Shown: positions 1 to 9,189 of the stretch, one piece after another
Position numbering within the stretch: position 1 is the first letter of the stretch
Layout of the letters: the number at the start of each line of letters is the position of its first letter
From: an uncultured Eubacterium sp.
GTDB taxonomy: Bacteria; Bacillota; Clostridia; Lachnospirales; Lachnospiraceae
DNA: 64,000 bases
Assembly: GCA_910584345.1 (NCBI GenBank)
Contig: CAJTZX010000014.1
Coordinates: 11 to 64,010 of the forward strand
Reading direction: 5' to 3'
Position numbers and translations under genes: made by a program
The notes under the pieces: generated by a model
What the model saw: the letters and a program-made list of their open reading frames with translations, nothing else
Databases searched by the model: none
What the model was told of the DNA's origin: nothing

Positions 1-41
1 CAGCTTGGAAGGCTGGTGTTCTACCATTGAACTACACCCGC
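1..41 (-). tRNA. tRNA-Gly (anticodon TCC), 5' part only; 3' end lies outside the window
   Basis: Reverse complement GCGGGTGTAGTTCAATGGTAGAACACCAGCCTTCCAAGCTG: acceptor 5' strand, D-arm, and anticodon loop CTTCCAA. Confidence 0.93.
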
Positions 42-55
42 ATGTTTTGTAACGA

Positions 56-130
56 TCGGGGTGACAGGATTCGAACCTGCGGCCTCCTGGTCCCAAACCA
101 GGCGCTCTAGCCAAGCTGAGCCACACCCCG
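56..130 (-). tRNA. tRNA-Pro (anticodon TGG)
   Basis: Reverse complement CGGGGTGTGGCTCAGCTTGGCTAGAGCGCCTGGTTTGGGACCAGGAGGCCGCAGGTTCGAATCCTGTCACCCCGA forms a cloverleaf with a GTTCGAATC T-loop. Confidence 0.96.
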
Positions 131-167
131 CTGTGTTAACTTTTCTGTTTTCCCGAACGCAAGATAA

Positions 168-196
168 AGTATACCCTAGTATTTCCAAATTGTCAA
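168..196 (-). promoter_or_regulatory. sigA promoter for the tRNA operon
   Basis: TTGACA-17 bp-TATACT on the minus strand, just upstream of tRNA-Pro. Confidence 0.8.
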
Positions 197-204
197 CACT
201 TTTT

Positions 205-717
205 TTAAAGAAATTTTAAAAAAAATTGAAAATCTCCGTCATCCCCTGTTTCCATCACGATATAAGAAGGTTTGTGCCCTTCCTGCCTGGGAAAGGACAG
301 GCTTCCGGGATTAATTACGGATAATGTTCCTTCTTTTCGAATGACCGGACGATGGATATGACCGAACATCACCAGATCGGCATCCCTGCCCTGAGCCTCC
401 CGAATCAGATGTTCCAGACCTGCCACTACATAATAATAATGACCGTGCGTAATGAAAATACGTTTTCCTTCCAACTCAATGATCTGCTCCTGCGGCAGCC
501 TGGAAAAATAATCATTGTTTCCCTTCACTGCCGTTACCGGACAGCCTGCAGCGGTTTCCAGATAATCTTCATCCCCTTCAATATCTCCCAGATGGATGAC
601 CTGATGATATGGACGCTCCAGCTTAAGCACTTTGTCCAGATTTTTATGATATCCATGCGTATCACTTATAATTAATACTCTCATAACACCCATCTCCCTG
701 TTTTCATTTTGCTTCAT
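205..717 (-). CDS. YfcE/YsnB-type metallophosphoesterase
   Basis: SDTHG, HLGD, GNND, THGH, GHIH and NPGS calcineurin-like motifs; lies downstream of rdgB. Confidence 0.9.
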   Translation of the reverse strand: MKQNENREMGVMRVLIISDTHGYHKNLDKVLKLERPYHQVIHLGDIEGDEDYLETAAGCPVTAVKGNNDYFSRLPQEQIIELEGKRIFITHGHYYYVVAGLEHLIREAQGRDADLVMFGHIHRPVIRKEGTLSVINPGSLSFPRQEGHKPSYIVMETGDDGDFQFFLKFL

Positions 718-1324
718 GTACTTTAAGTATGCCTCTGTACACCAGTTCTTGTTTCATTGCCCTTAGCGCATTTCCCCTATGACTGCACGCATTTTTTTGT
801 TCCATCGTAAGCTCTGCCGTGGAGCAGCCATAATCATCTACGTAAAAAATCGGATCATACCCAAATCCATTTGTACCTGCGATTTTCCATCCAATATACC
901 CTTCTATCGTGCCTCTTGTAGTAAACACACCGTTGCCTGGAACTGCTGCTGCAATCGCACAGACAAAACGTGCGCTTCTGCGCTCTTTTTCCACACCGGT
1001 AAGCCGATACAGCAATGTCTGATTTTTGATATCATAAGAAGTATCTTCTCCAAGATAACGGGCGGAATAAATTCCCGGTTCTTTATTCAGATAATCAATT
1101 TCCAGCCCGGAATCATCTGCCAGTATAATATCTTCTGGCGCCAGCTTTGCAATTTCTGTCACTTTTTTGCATGCATTTTCTTCGAAAGTTGTCCCGTCTT
1201 CCATGACATCTGCTTTGATTCCTGCTTCTTTCATCGACAAAATTTCCAAATTGCAGTCTGACAATATTTCTTTTATTTCTTTCATTTTGTTTTCATTTCC
1301 TGTTGCAAATATGATTCTATTCAT
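704..1324 (-). CDS. rdgB: Non-canonical purine NTP pyrophosphatase (RdgB/HAM1)
   Basis: ATGNENK, ADDSGL, PGIYSAR, GFGYDPIF and SHRGNAL motifs. Confidence 0.95.
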   Translation of the reverse strand: MNRIIFATGNENKMKEIKEILSDCNLEILSMKEAGIKADVMEDGTTFEENACKKVTEIAKLAPEDIILADDSGLEIDYLNKEPGIYSARYLGEDTSYDIKNQTLLYRLTGVEKERRSARFVCAIAAAVPGNGVFTTRGTIEGYIGWKIAGTNGFGYDPIFYVDDYGCSTAELTMEQKNACSHRGNALRAMKQELVYRGILKVHEAK

Positions 1325-1393
1325 CAGTTATCTTCCTCCTGCTGTTAGCTGTTGCTTCTCTTATTAGCTTCTCTTCCTGATACCTCGCGGCTA

Positions 1394-2596
1394 CTATTTC
1401 TCTTTTTCAATCTGATCCAGGCGATCCAGCGATTTCAGCAACGCGTGATACAGCCCCCTGGCCGCTTTGCGCTGATATCCGGGATCTGTCAGTCTCGCCA
1501 ATTCATTCGGATTGTTCATAAATCCTACTTCAACGAGTGCAACCGGTGCGGCCGAATTTCTTATAATATAGATTTTATTTCCATTGATAAGTCTTCTCTT
1601 TTTCGCACCTAATGCAGCTACTTCTTCATCCAGGCATATTTGTGCAAAATCCTGGGTATCAAATTCCGTATCTGGAGCCAGCTCATTATACATGACCTCA
1701 ACGCCTTCCACCCCTGGATTGCCTTTTAGGGAATTAATATGCACACTTAAAAACAAATCCGCTCCCAGCTCGTTTGCAAGTCCTACCCGATCGGAAAGCG
1801 ATGGATTTGAATCATCCAATCTTGTGTAATAAACTCCAATACTGGCATCATCTTCCTCGTCAAACAATGCTTTGATCTGCTGTACAATTGCGAGGGTAAT
1901 ATTTTTTTCATAAATTGTTCCAGATACTGCCCCAGGCGCACCTCCACCATGTCCTGCGTCTACAACGACAATCCGATCGTACAACTCCCCTGGTGACAAA
2001 AAATCCAAATATAAGTAATCTTCATCAAAGCTGTAATCTGCCTCTACCATCTTATCCATCGTCAGAGCAACCGTACCGCTGCTTCCCTCACTGGAATAAT
2101 CCAGACTTTGCATATCTCCACTTTCACCAAGCACCATATAGTCATAAATATAGTTTTCATCTGCTCCCGGTATCCGAATATCGATCCGCCGCGAAATAAG
2201 ATTCTCAACAACTTCTACGTTCGTTGCATCCGCACCTTTCGGCAGCTCCAGCTGCATCTGATGTGTGATAACGATCACATCTTCCTGGGGTTTTGGTTCC
2301 CCTCCTTCTTCGACTACTTCCTGCTCCGCCTTTTCTGCTTTTTGTGCCTGTTCCTGTACCTGCTGCGTATTATAATCCATAATTTCCAATCCAGACATTT
2401 TTTCTAATAATGCATATCGTTCTTCCCTTGCCCGCTGATCTGCGCGAATACTGGCGCTGAACGCTTCTATTCGCTGTTCCAGTGCCGGCAAAAACCATAC
2501 TGCCACACATACAAAAAGAGAAAATGCACACGTAAAAAATGCTGTAAAACGTGCCAATCTCTTTTCCATAACTGCTTCCTCCTCTGTTTCCCTCAT
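1394..2596 (-). CDS. Membrane-anchored N-acetylmuramoyl-L-alanine amidase (Amidase_3)
   Basis: N-terminal TM segment; VVDAGHGG...EK, SVHINS and LVEVGFM zinc-amidase motifs. Confidence 0.9.
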   Translation of the reverse strand: MRETEEEAVMEKRLARFTAFFTCAFSLFVCVAVWFLPALEQRIEAFSASIRADQRAREERYALLEKMSGLEIMDYNTQQVQEQAQKAEKAEQEVVEEGGEPKPQEDVIVITHQMQLELPKGADATNVEVVENLISRRIDIRIPGADENYIYDYMVLGESGDMQSLDYSSEGSSGTVALTMDKMVEADYSFDEDYLYLDFLSPGELYDRIVVVDAGHGGGAPGAVSGTIYEKNITLAIVQQIKALFDEEDDASIGVYYTRLDDSNPSLSDRVGLANELGADLFLSVHINSLKGNPGVEGVEVMYNELAPDTEFDTQDFAQICLDEEVAALGAKKRRLINGNKIYIIRNSAAPVALVEVGFMNNPNELARLTDPGYQRKAARGLYHALLKSLDRLDQIEKEK

Positions 2597-2623
2597 CAGC
2601 CTGCAGCTGAATCCATTTGTACG

Positions 2624-4375
2624 TTATTTTTCACTGGTTTCTTCGTTTGTAATATGCAGCCGTTTTGACGGACGCCTTGTATATGCTTTAATACAAAGAT
2701 TACAGTCTGAACTTTCTTTTACATCTGCCCAATTCTTTCCTTGTGCGCTGACGTAGCCCTCACCATCCTCTAAATCAACATTTCGAGTCAGCTCATCAGC
2801 AGCATATTCGATTGCCATCGGCCGAACTTCGTTTGGGGTAGACAGCCAGACTACTACTGCAAATTTTCTGTTTTTTGCTACACGAATCGACTGGTCAAAG
2901 CGAATCGTATGATACCCCGCATGAGACAGCCTTCCCTCTGCCACAAGTATCCGTTCATCCATCGATGATATATCCGTAAATTCCGAAACGATATAGACCT
3001 GATAGCTTGTATTCTTACCTGTCGTATAAAACCCTGCTGCCGCTATATCCTCTTCTTCCTCTGTCAGATAAACATTTGCCCCATAGATACTTTCTTTATT
3101 GTATCCCATCTGGCCGACCCATCCGCATAAATCAGACTGATATAGCTTATCATAATTATCCGCCTCTTCTACTCCGGTAAAAACAAGATTATGGATCCCT
3201 ATATTTGTATCATAATAGGACACATAAAAAACTCCATCATCACCAAAGTCTGCTCCCCAACTATTCTGGCAAATAAACGCACCGTCATCTGCAACCTCTG
3301 TCTGAAAATTTTCTCGTGGAAAATTATCGTCCCAGCCAATAATAACTACATCATGATTTGGTTTTTCTTCTCCCATATAGCAGTAAGCATGTTTTTCTCT
3401 ATTATAATAAGAAGAATCCCCATCCGCATTTTGCAGCGTCGTATAAATACAGCTCTCAACCCCGCCATATTGAAAAACCGCCTGTTTAATCCCGTCCAAA
3501 TCTTTCGCATCGATAATCTGCATATCCTGCACATGTTTTACAGCCGTCAATGAAGGATCTGTGTCACCATCTCCATAAGGATCGTCCTCTTCTCTGACCG
3601 GCCCCTGCCATGCAGCCAAATATGCCATCGCCATCGTATACTGTCCGCCATCTTTCAGTGAGCTTGTAAAGCTATGATTCTGATTCATATGATCTACGGA
3701 CAACTGCATATTCGTTTCCGGCATTAACGCTGATTCCAGCGCTGTCAATGATGCAAACGCCCAACATGTGCCATAGGGCCCCTGATCGCGAATCTTTGGC
3801 GCGCGTCCTTTCGCTCTTAAATCATACTGATAGGGAAGATGTATGTCGTCATCTGACCGTACGCTCTGGACAATCAGCACGTTTTCCTCCATGTCCCATT
3901 GAGACGCATATCCAAATTCTTCCATCAGTATATCCAGTGGAAGATAATATCTGCCGTTTTGTTCTATAAGAGACGGCTGTTTAACTATCTTTTCTTTATT
4001 CTTAATATAATAATTTTGATTTGGTTCAAATTCTAATGTATCTTCGCTTTTCTCAATAACAAAAAGTTTTTCATCATACAGATGTGCACTGCATGCAAAG
4101 CCGTCCCGCAGCAAATCCGTCGGAAGCATCATCCTGCGCTCATCATCCATATAAATACCATCTTCCAGATTGGAAAATTTACGTCCGTCTATATGAACAG
4201 CCAAATACATTTGATTTACTTCTTCTGCAATGACCGGATCCCATTCTTCCCTGGACAGATTTGCTCCCTGAACTTTCGCTGTATGTGCAAAACTCTGTCC
4301 GATAAACTCAAACTTCAAAAGCATTAACATTCCAAGTATGACCGCAGACCAGACATACCTTTTCAATTCATGCAT
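2624..4375 (-). CDS. Secreted papain-like (C1A) cysteine peptidase with N-terminal stalk-like and C-terminal lectin-like domains
   Basis: QGPYGTCWAF (catalytic Cys), NHDVVIIGWDD (His), QNSWG (Asn); N-terminal hydrophobic signal. Confidence 0.85.
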   Translation of the reverse strand: MHELKRYVWSAVILGMLMLLKFEFIGQSFAHTAKVQGANLSREEWDPVIAEEVNQMYLAVHIDGRKFSNLEDGIYMDDERRMMLPTDLLRDGFACSAHLYDEKLFVIEKSEDTLEFEPNQNYYIKNKEKIVKQPSLIEQNGRYYLPLDILMEEFGYASQWDMEENVLIVQSVRSDDDIHLPYQYDLRAKGRAPKIRDQGPYGTCWAFASLTALESALMPETNMQLSVDHMNQNHSFTSSLKDGGQYTMAMAYLAAWQGPVREEDDPYGDGDTDPSLTAVKHVQDMQIIDAKDLDGIKQAVFQYGGVESCIYTTLQNADGDSSYYNREKHAYCYMGEEKPNHDVVIIGWDDNFPRENFQTEVADDGAFICQNSWGADFGDDGVFYVSYYDTNIGIHNLVFTGVEEADNYDKLYQSDLCGWVGQMGYNKESIYGANVYLTEEEEDIAAAGFYTTGKNTSYQVYIVSEFTDISSMDERILVAEGRLSHAGYHTIRFDQSIRVAKNRKFAVVVWLSTPNEVRPMAIEYAADELTRNVDLEDGEGYVSAQGKNWADVKESSDCNLCIKAYTRRPSKRLHITNEETSEK

Positions 4376-5529
4376 ACTTCCTTTTTCCTTTTTGGAGGTT
4401 TTGGCCCCATAAACTGATAAAAATTCGTCTTAAGCATCCCGTTATAAATCTTTCGTTTTTTATCTGCATTGCGTCCAATAAACCGTTCTGTATCTTCATA
4501 TCCGGTAATTATGTATAACGACCATGCATCCAGATTCCGATATGCTTCTCCTATCTGCTCATACAACTTTGGCAAATCCCGTTTATCTTCCATACGCTCC
4601 CCATATGGCGGATTCGTAATTACAAATCCATACTTCTTTGGATGTCGAAGCTGTTGAATACTTCTTTTCTGAAAATGAATCAAATGATCTACTCCCGCGC
4701 GCTTTGCATTCTCACGTGCGATACGGATCACGTCTCCATCTATATCATACCCCTGAATATCGACAGCAAGATCTGGCTTTGCGAGATCCCTCGCTTCCTC
4801 TGACGCTTCATACCAAATCTTTTTCAAAATCATATTCTCCCATTCCTGCGCCGTAAAATCCCGATTCATACCTGGCGCGATATTTGCAGCCATCAAAGCA
4901 GCTTCAATAGGAAATGTGCCGCTGCCGCAAAACGGATCGACCAAAATACGGTCTGCATGCCACGGTGTCAGCTTGATTAACGCGGCTGCCAATGTCTCAG
5001 AAATTGGCGCCAATCCGCTCATCGTACGATATCCGCGCTTATGCAGCGATTCCCCTGTCGTATCGATGGTAACCGTCACTTCATCTTTTAACAAAAAAAT
5101 TCGAATAGGGTATTGTGCACCTGTCTCCGCAAACCATTCCTGGTCATAATATTCCTTCATCTTTTCAACAACTGCTTTTTTCACAATTCTTTGAATATCT
5201 GACGGGCTAAACAGCTTGCTCCTGATAGAGGATGCTTTTGTAACCCAGAATTTTGCATCTTTTGGCAAATAAATTTCCCACGGCAGCGCACGGATGCCTT
5301 CAAACAATTCATCATAAGTAACCGCATGAAAGCTGCCAACTTTTAGCAGCACCCTCTCTGCCGTACGCAAAAAAATATTGGCACGGCAGATGGCTTGCGC
5401 ATCTCCTATAAATGTGACTTTCCCATCTTCAACTTTTGTAATTTCATATCCAAGATCGTATACTTCTTTTTTTAACACAGCTTCCAGTCCAAAATGGCAA
5501 GGCGCTGTTAATTCAAATGTCTGCATCAT
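4363..5529 (-). CDS. THUMP-domain class I SAM-dependent RNA methyltransferase (RlmL/YpsC-like)
   Basis: LHKRGYR, ETLAAA, DPFCGSGT and NPPYGER motifs. Confidence 0.92.
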   Translation of the reverse strand: MMQTFELTAPCHFGLEAVLKKEVYDLGYEITKVEDGKVTFIGDAQAICRANIFLRTAERVLLKVGSFHAVTYDELFEGIRALPWEIYLPKDAKFWVTKASSIRSKLFSPSDIQRIVKKAVVEKMKEYYDQEWFAETGAQYPIRIFLLKDEVTVTIDTTGESLHKRGYRTMSGLAPISETLAAALIKLTPWHADRILVDPFCGSGTFPIEAALMAANIAPGMNRDFTAQEWENMILKKIWYEASEEARDLAKPDLAVDIQGYDIDGDVIRIARENAKRAGVDHLIHFQKRSIQQLRHPKKYGFVITNPPYGERMEDKRDLPKLYEQIGEAYRNLDAWSLYIITGYEDTERFIGRNADKKRKIYNGMLKTNFYQFMGPKPPKRKKEVCMN

Positions 5530-5623
5530 TTCTCCATTGTTTTCCTTTTTTTAACTTTTTGTTTCCGTTATCTGTTTTTCTTAGTTTATATTATCTTGTC
5601 TGATTTACGGTGTCAATCAAATT

Positions 5624-5950
5624 TTATTTGTTATGTGCATTTTGTGACAAAAAACACTCAACACCTCCAATTAACGCCCCGACATGATAGCCTCTTTTAC
5701 TTAGCCTCTTTGCCGCCATCAGGCTCAGATTTCCATGTTCACAATAAAAAATAATATTTCCTCTGATTGGCAGCCTATGCTCCCATTCTGCCATATGCTC
5801 ATATGGAAAGTTTCTGGCCCCAGGCAAATGATATTCCATATATTGTTCTGGATCCCTTAAGTCTACAAAAAAAGTATCCCTTCGATTTAAATACGCTGGT
5901 GCATCTTTACATTTAATCAGTTCAAAATCCATAGCTCCTCCTATATACAA
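5624..5950 (-). CDS. Rhodanese-like domain protein (start probably at the downstream MDFELI Met)
   Basis: VDLRD...HLPGA.N.P and YCEHGNLS active loop; GGAGG precedes the second Met. Confidence 0.85.
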   Translation of the reverse strand: MYIGGAMDFELIKCKDAPAYLNRRDTFFVDLRDPEQYMEYHLPGARNFPYEHMAEWEHRLPIRGNIIFYCEHGNLSLMAAKRLSKRGYHVGALIGGVECFLSQNAHNK

Positions 5951-5999
5951 ACAGCCCTGTGCAAAAGGAACGGCTGTTTCTTTTGTACAGAGCTGTTTT
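5948..5999. terminator. Stem-loop between the NAS-repeat gene and rhodanese
   Basis: acagccctgtgcaaaag...cttttgtacagagctgt imperfect inverted repeat. Confidence 0.55.
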
Positions 6000-6038
6000 G
6001 TTAATATAGTCTATTCAATTGAGGAGCGATTGCCATTC

Positions 6039-6260
6039 TTATTTTGTGTGGCAGTCTGAAAATTTGCTGTCAGCTTTGTTAGAAGCCTGGTTTTTAGCAT
6101 TCTGAGCATTGCTGGCGTTGCTGGCTCTGTTTGAGCTGTTGTTTGCATTACTTGCATTACTTGCATTGCTCGCATTTGACGCATTGTTTGCGTTATTTGC
6201 ATTATTTGCGTTATTTGCATTTGTAGAGTTAGATGCATTTGATGTCTTGTTCTTTGCCAT
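6039..6260 (-). CDS. Small low-complexity Asn/Ala/Ser tripeptide-repeat protein, putative forespore protein
   Basis: AGGAGG RBS; (NAS/NAN)n repeats; sigG-like promoter upstream. Confidence 0.7.
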   Translation of the reverse strand: MAKNKTSNASNSTNANNANNANNANNASNASNASNASNANNSSNRASNASNAQNAKNQASNKADSKFSDCHTK

Positions 6261-6321
6261 TTTTCATAGCCTCCTATTTTCCTATCTATAATTGCAATGT
6301 TTTGTTCAAACATTGTATTGA

Positions 6322-6350
6322 TAGTATGGACAGAGAGACTTCTTTTATAC
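6322..6350 (-). promoter_or_regulatory. sigG-like promoter
   Basis: GTATA-17 bp-CATACTA on the minus strand. Confidence 0.6.
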
Positions 6351-6382
6351 TGGAAAATTTTAGAATACGGGAAAACTTAAGT

Positions 6383-6793
6383 TCAAGCTGATTTCAGCTT
6401 TTTTTCGTATGCTCTGCGGTAATTGCCTAGTTGTCTGCATAACAGTGCCAAATCCAGTCTTTCTTTCCAATTTCTTCCTTTTTTAGAGTAATATAATTCA
6501 AACTTAATATTTCGATTAACCAGATATTGAATAAATCCCGCATAAAAATTAAAATACCAGCTTGTAATATGGCTGTCCTCTACCTGTGCAACCTTTTTTG
6601 TCTGAAGCATTTTCGAAATCTTTGTCAGTACGGATATCAGATTCATTTCCTTTAATGCCGGAGCAAACCGAAAACAAAGCAGCCCCAAATTAATCGTTTC
6701 CAGTCCATTGACACGGAACCGATCGATCAGGCTTTCTACTGATTCCACATTAAATTGTGCTGTTTTTTCCATAATCATTCCTACCGCCTGCAT
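6383..6793 (-). CDS. Hypothetical protein
   Basis: 136-aa ORF co-oriented with its neighbours; sigK-like promoter upstream. Confidence 0.65.
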   Translation of the reverse strand: MQAVGMIMEKTAQFNVESVESLIDRFRVNGLETINLGLLCFRFAPALKEMNLISVLTKISKMLQTKKVAQVEDSHITSWYFNFYAGFIQYLVNRNIKFELYYSKKGRNWKERLDLALLCRQLGNYRRAYEKKLKSA

Positions 6794-6804
6794 TCTCTAT
6801 CTAT

Positions 6805-6830
6805 ACAGTATGTCGGATACTTGGAACAGT
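6805..6830 (-). promoter_or_regulatory. Possible sigK-like promoter
   Basis: AC-16 bp-CATACTGT on the minus strand. Confidence 0.4.
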
Positions 6831-6859
6831 TTCCTTATCATCTGTATTTTTAACGTTCC

Positions 6860-7102
6860 TTATGAAATATTTGCTGTTCCCAGTTCTTTGATCTGTTCTA
6901 TTAAGTCCAGATCCGAAGCAGTCAGCTTTACATTTGAGGTAAGCGTATCCCCATTTGGCCGCCGGATAGTCATTTCAATAATTGTTCCTTCCTCGAAAGG
7001 CCGGCTAACAACCGCCTGAAAAAATCGCGGCAGCTTCGGGTGACTGCGCGTAAATTCATCCCACATACTTTTCATCTTAAAAATCATAGCCGGATTTACC
7101 AT
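6860..7102 (-). CDS. Small hypothetical protein
   Basis: GGAGG RBS; 80-aa ORF (HPKLPRFF...EGTIIEMTI). Confidence 0.8.
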   Translation of the reverse strand: MVNPAMIFKMKSMWDEFTRSHPKLPRFFQAVVSRPFEEGTIIEMTIRRPNGDTLTSNVKLTASDLDLIEQIKELGTANIS

Positions 7103-7151
7103 ATTTATACCTCCATTTTTTGTTTATCATACAACACTTTTGCCAAAATTG

Positions 7152-8012
7152 CTACACAGACCGTCCATTTTCATAACAAACACGCATCATTTCTCTTGTC
7201 AGGCTGAATGAATCGTCCATATCTTTGAGTTGCTCCCGGCTGACCCATTCTGCAGATGCAAGTTCGTTTTCATCCAGTGAAATTTGATCGCTCCCATCTA
7301 ATTGTGCGAAATAACCTAGCAGCAGATTCCCGTCAATTCCCCACGGCTGCGATTTGTAGTACCGGATATTTTTCACTCGTACCCCTGTTTCTTCCATAAC
7401 CTCGCGCCTTACCGTATCTTCCGCTGTTTCACCGATTTCCGTAAATCCGGCAATTAGCGCATACCGTTTATATTCCCGATTCGCATACTTTGTCAGCAGT
7501 ATTTTGTCTCCATTGGTCACTGCCACGATCACCGCTGGAGCGATTCTTGGATAGATCTGATTGCCGCACTCCTTGCAAGAAAGCATACGCTCTTTTACAT
7601 CCGGCACAGTCTTAGCGCCGCAGCGGCCACAAAATCTGTGATTTTTATACCATTGGTACAAGTGATATGCCGTATAAACCACAAAGCAAAGCTCACGATC
7701 TGCATGTGCCCGAAGCCCTGACATTTTCACCCATCGAAAATCTGTTTTTGTATCATCCCATGCTTCCCATGCACCCGGATCATCTGAATATAAATAGTAC
7801 GAATCCTGATCTATGCAGAACAAATACGTATCTACCGTTAAGGAATGGCCCAAAACATTCTCTATCTCTGCACGCTTTGGCAGCTGCCAATGACTGTCTT
7901 TTTCTTTTATCAAAATATTATTTTTCAAAAAAACTGCTATACGATCATTTTCATTTGGTTTCTTTAATTGAAATTCATTATGAAACTTCTTTGGTGCAAT
8001 ATCCTGAATCAT
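7152..8012 (-). CDS. nudC: NAD(+) diphosphatase NudC
   Basis: Zn ribbon CGRCG...CKECG, YPRIAPAVIV, Nudix box GETAEDTVRREVMEETG, SQPW; start set at MIQDIAP after an RBS. Confidence 0.93.
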   Translation of the reverse strand: MIQDIAPKKFHNEFQLKKPNENDRIAVFLKNNILIKEKDSHWQLPKRAEIENVLGHSLTVDTYLFCIDQDSYYLYSDDPGAWEAWDDTKTDFRWVKMSGLRAHADRELCFVVYTAYHLYQWYKNHRFCGRCGAKTVPDVKERMLSCKECGNQIYPRIAPAVIVAVTNGDKILLTKYANREYKRYALIAGFTEIGETAEDTVRREVMEETGVRVKNIRYYKSQPWGIDGNLLLGYFAQLDGSDQISLDENELASAEWVSREQLKDMDDSFSLTREMMRVCYENGRSV

Positions 8013-8028
8013 TCTAACACTCCCTGAT

Positions 8029-8484
8029 CTATACATTCAGAAAACGGTTCCATTCCTCCGCATCCCGGGTACCTGCAATATGCAGTACATAAGTCCGTTC
8101 GTTACCAGCATCAATCGTTATCCTGTATGTATCTTCTGATTTTTCTAATGCATAAATACAGCTTTCCCCATCCGTAAATGATTTTAACATTTCATTATAA
8201 GTGTCCGGCTTCAGCTCTTTATCTTCGTACTGTTCCATCAATTTGCCGTCTGCATTATAGACTTTATAACCTTCTTCTATAAATTTTACAATCTCTGCGT
8301 TATGTATCTGAAAATACAGCTCGTTCGCACGCATCTGCCGAATATCCCGATTTTGTGAATTTTCAGGATGAATCATCACATTATCAAGCGTAAACTGAAG
8401 GCAACCATTGATCTTTTGTATTTCCTGAATATAAGATTGTGAAAAATCAAAATGATTCCACTCATTTGCTGTTGCATATTTCAT
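8029..8484 (-). CDS. Hypothetical protein (start probably MKYATANEW)
   Basis: AGGAGG RBS upstream of the ATG at 8484; sits between tmk and nudC. Confidence 0.75.
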   Translation of the reverse strand: MKYATANEWNHFDFSQSYIQEIQKINGCLQFTLDNVMIHPENSQNRDIRQMRANELYFQIHNAEIVKFIEEGYKVYNADGKLMEQYEDKELKPDTYNEMLKSFTDGESCIYALEKSEDTYRITIDAGNERTYVLHIAGTRDAEEWNRFLNV

Positions 8485-8527
8485 ACTTTCATCCCTCCTG
8501 CTGCACGTACTGTAACCTATTTCATGT

Positions 8528-9187
8528 TTACACCCTGCCTGCTGCACGCACTGTAACGTATTCCTGTACAACCATCCAGATATCCTCTGCGACAGCCTGC
8601 GGCTCCTGATTTCCATTAATGATAATCACCCGCTCTTCTCCATGCAGTTTGTCAAACGCTTCCAAATAGTTCTGCCGTACCTGTTCCAGTCGGGATTGTT
8701 CTTCAAATAATTCCTTTTGAAACCGGTTTTTCGAAATGCGTTCCATCGCAAGCTTTGGCTCTATATCAAGAAAAAGATTCACCTCTGGTCTCAAGATTTC
8801 TTTGCATGGTTCATTTGCATGAATCAGCCAGTCCATTGAAAGCTCCACACTTTGATACGCATAAGACGAAAAATAATATCTGTCCATCAGCACAACCGTA
8901 CCATTTTCTATTTTGCGCACAACTCCATTTACATCATTCAGCAGATGATCCAATCTGTCTGCTGTGAACAGCGCCGCTATAACCTTTGGATCTGCCTGCA
9001 TCCTCCCCGTCAAAATCTGACGAATCATCGATCCGATCGGCGCATCTGATGGTTCCATCGTCGTATAGAAAGAAATCCTCTTTTCCCGAAGTCTCTCTGC
9101 AAGCAGACGTATCTGCGTACTCTTTCCGCTTCCATCAATTCCTTCAAATGCAATCAACACACCATTATGATTATCTATATGATTCAT
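8528..9187 (-). CDS. tmk: Thymidylate kinase
   Basis: FEGIDGSGKSTQ P-loop, ADR, DRYYFSSYAYQ. Confidence 0.93.
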   Translation of the reverse strand: MNHIDNHNGVLIAFEGIDGSGKSTQIRLLAERLREKRISFYTTMEPSDAPIGSMIRQILTGRMQADPKVIAALFTADRLDHLLNDVNGVVRKIENGTVVLMDRYYFSSYAYQSVELSMDWLIHANEPCKEILRPEVNLFLDIEPKLAMERISKNRFQKELFEEQSRLEQVRQNYLEAFDKLHGEERVIIINGNQEPQAVAEDIWMVVQEYVTVRAAGRV

Positions 9188-9189
9188 AC

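Noticed and set aside
352..5149. Numerous plus-strand ORFs antisense to housekeeping genes
   Set aside because: No RBS or motifs; they fully overlap well-supported minus-strand genes
6100..6245. CRISPR array or non-coding tandem repeat
   Set aside because: Degenerate 9-nt coding repeats without spacers; no cas genes and no repeat-spacer array seen in the window
6011..6313. Alternative-frame and antisense ORFs (MQIT/MQVM repeats; LALLAL repeats) over the NAS-repeat gene
   Set aside because: Shadows of the 9-nt repeat; only the 6039-6260 frame has a proper SD
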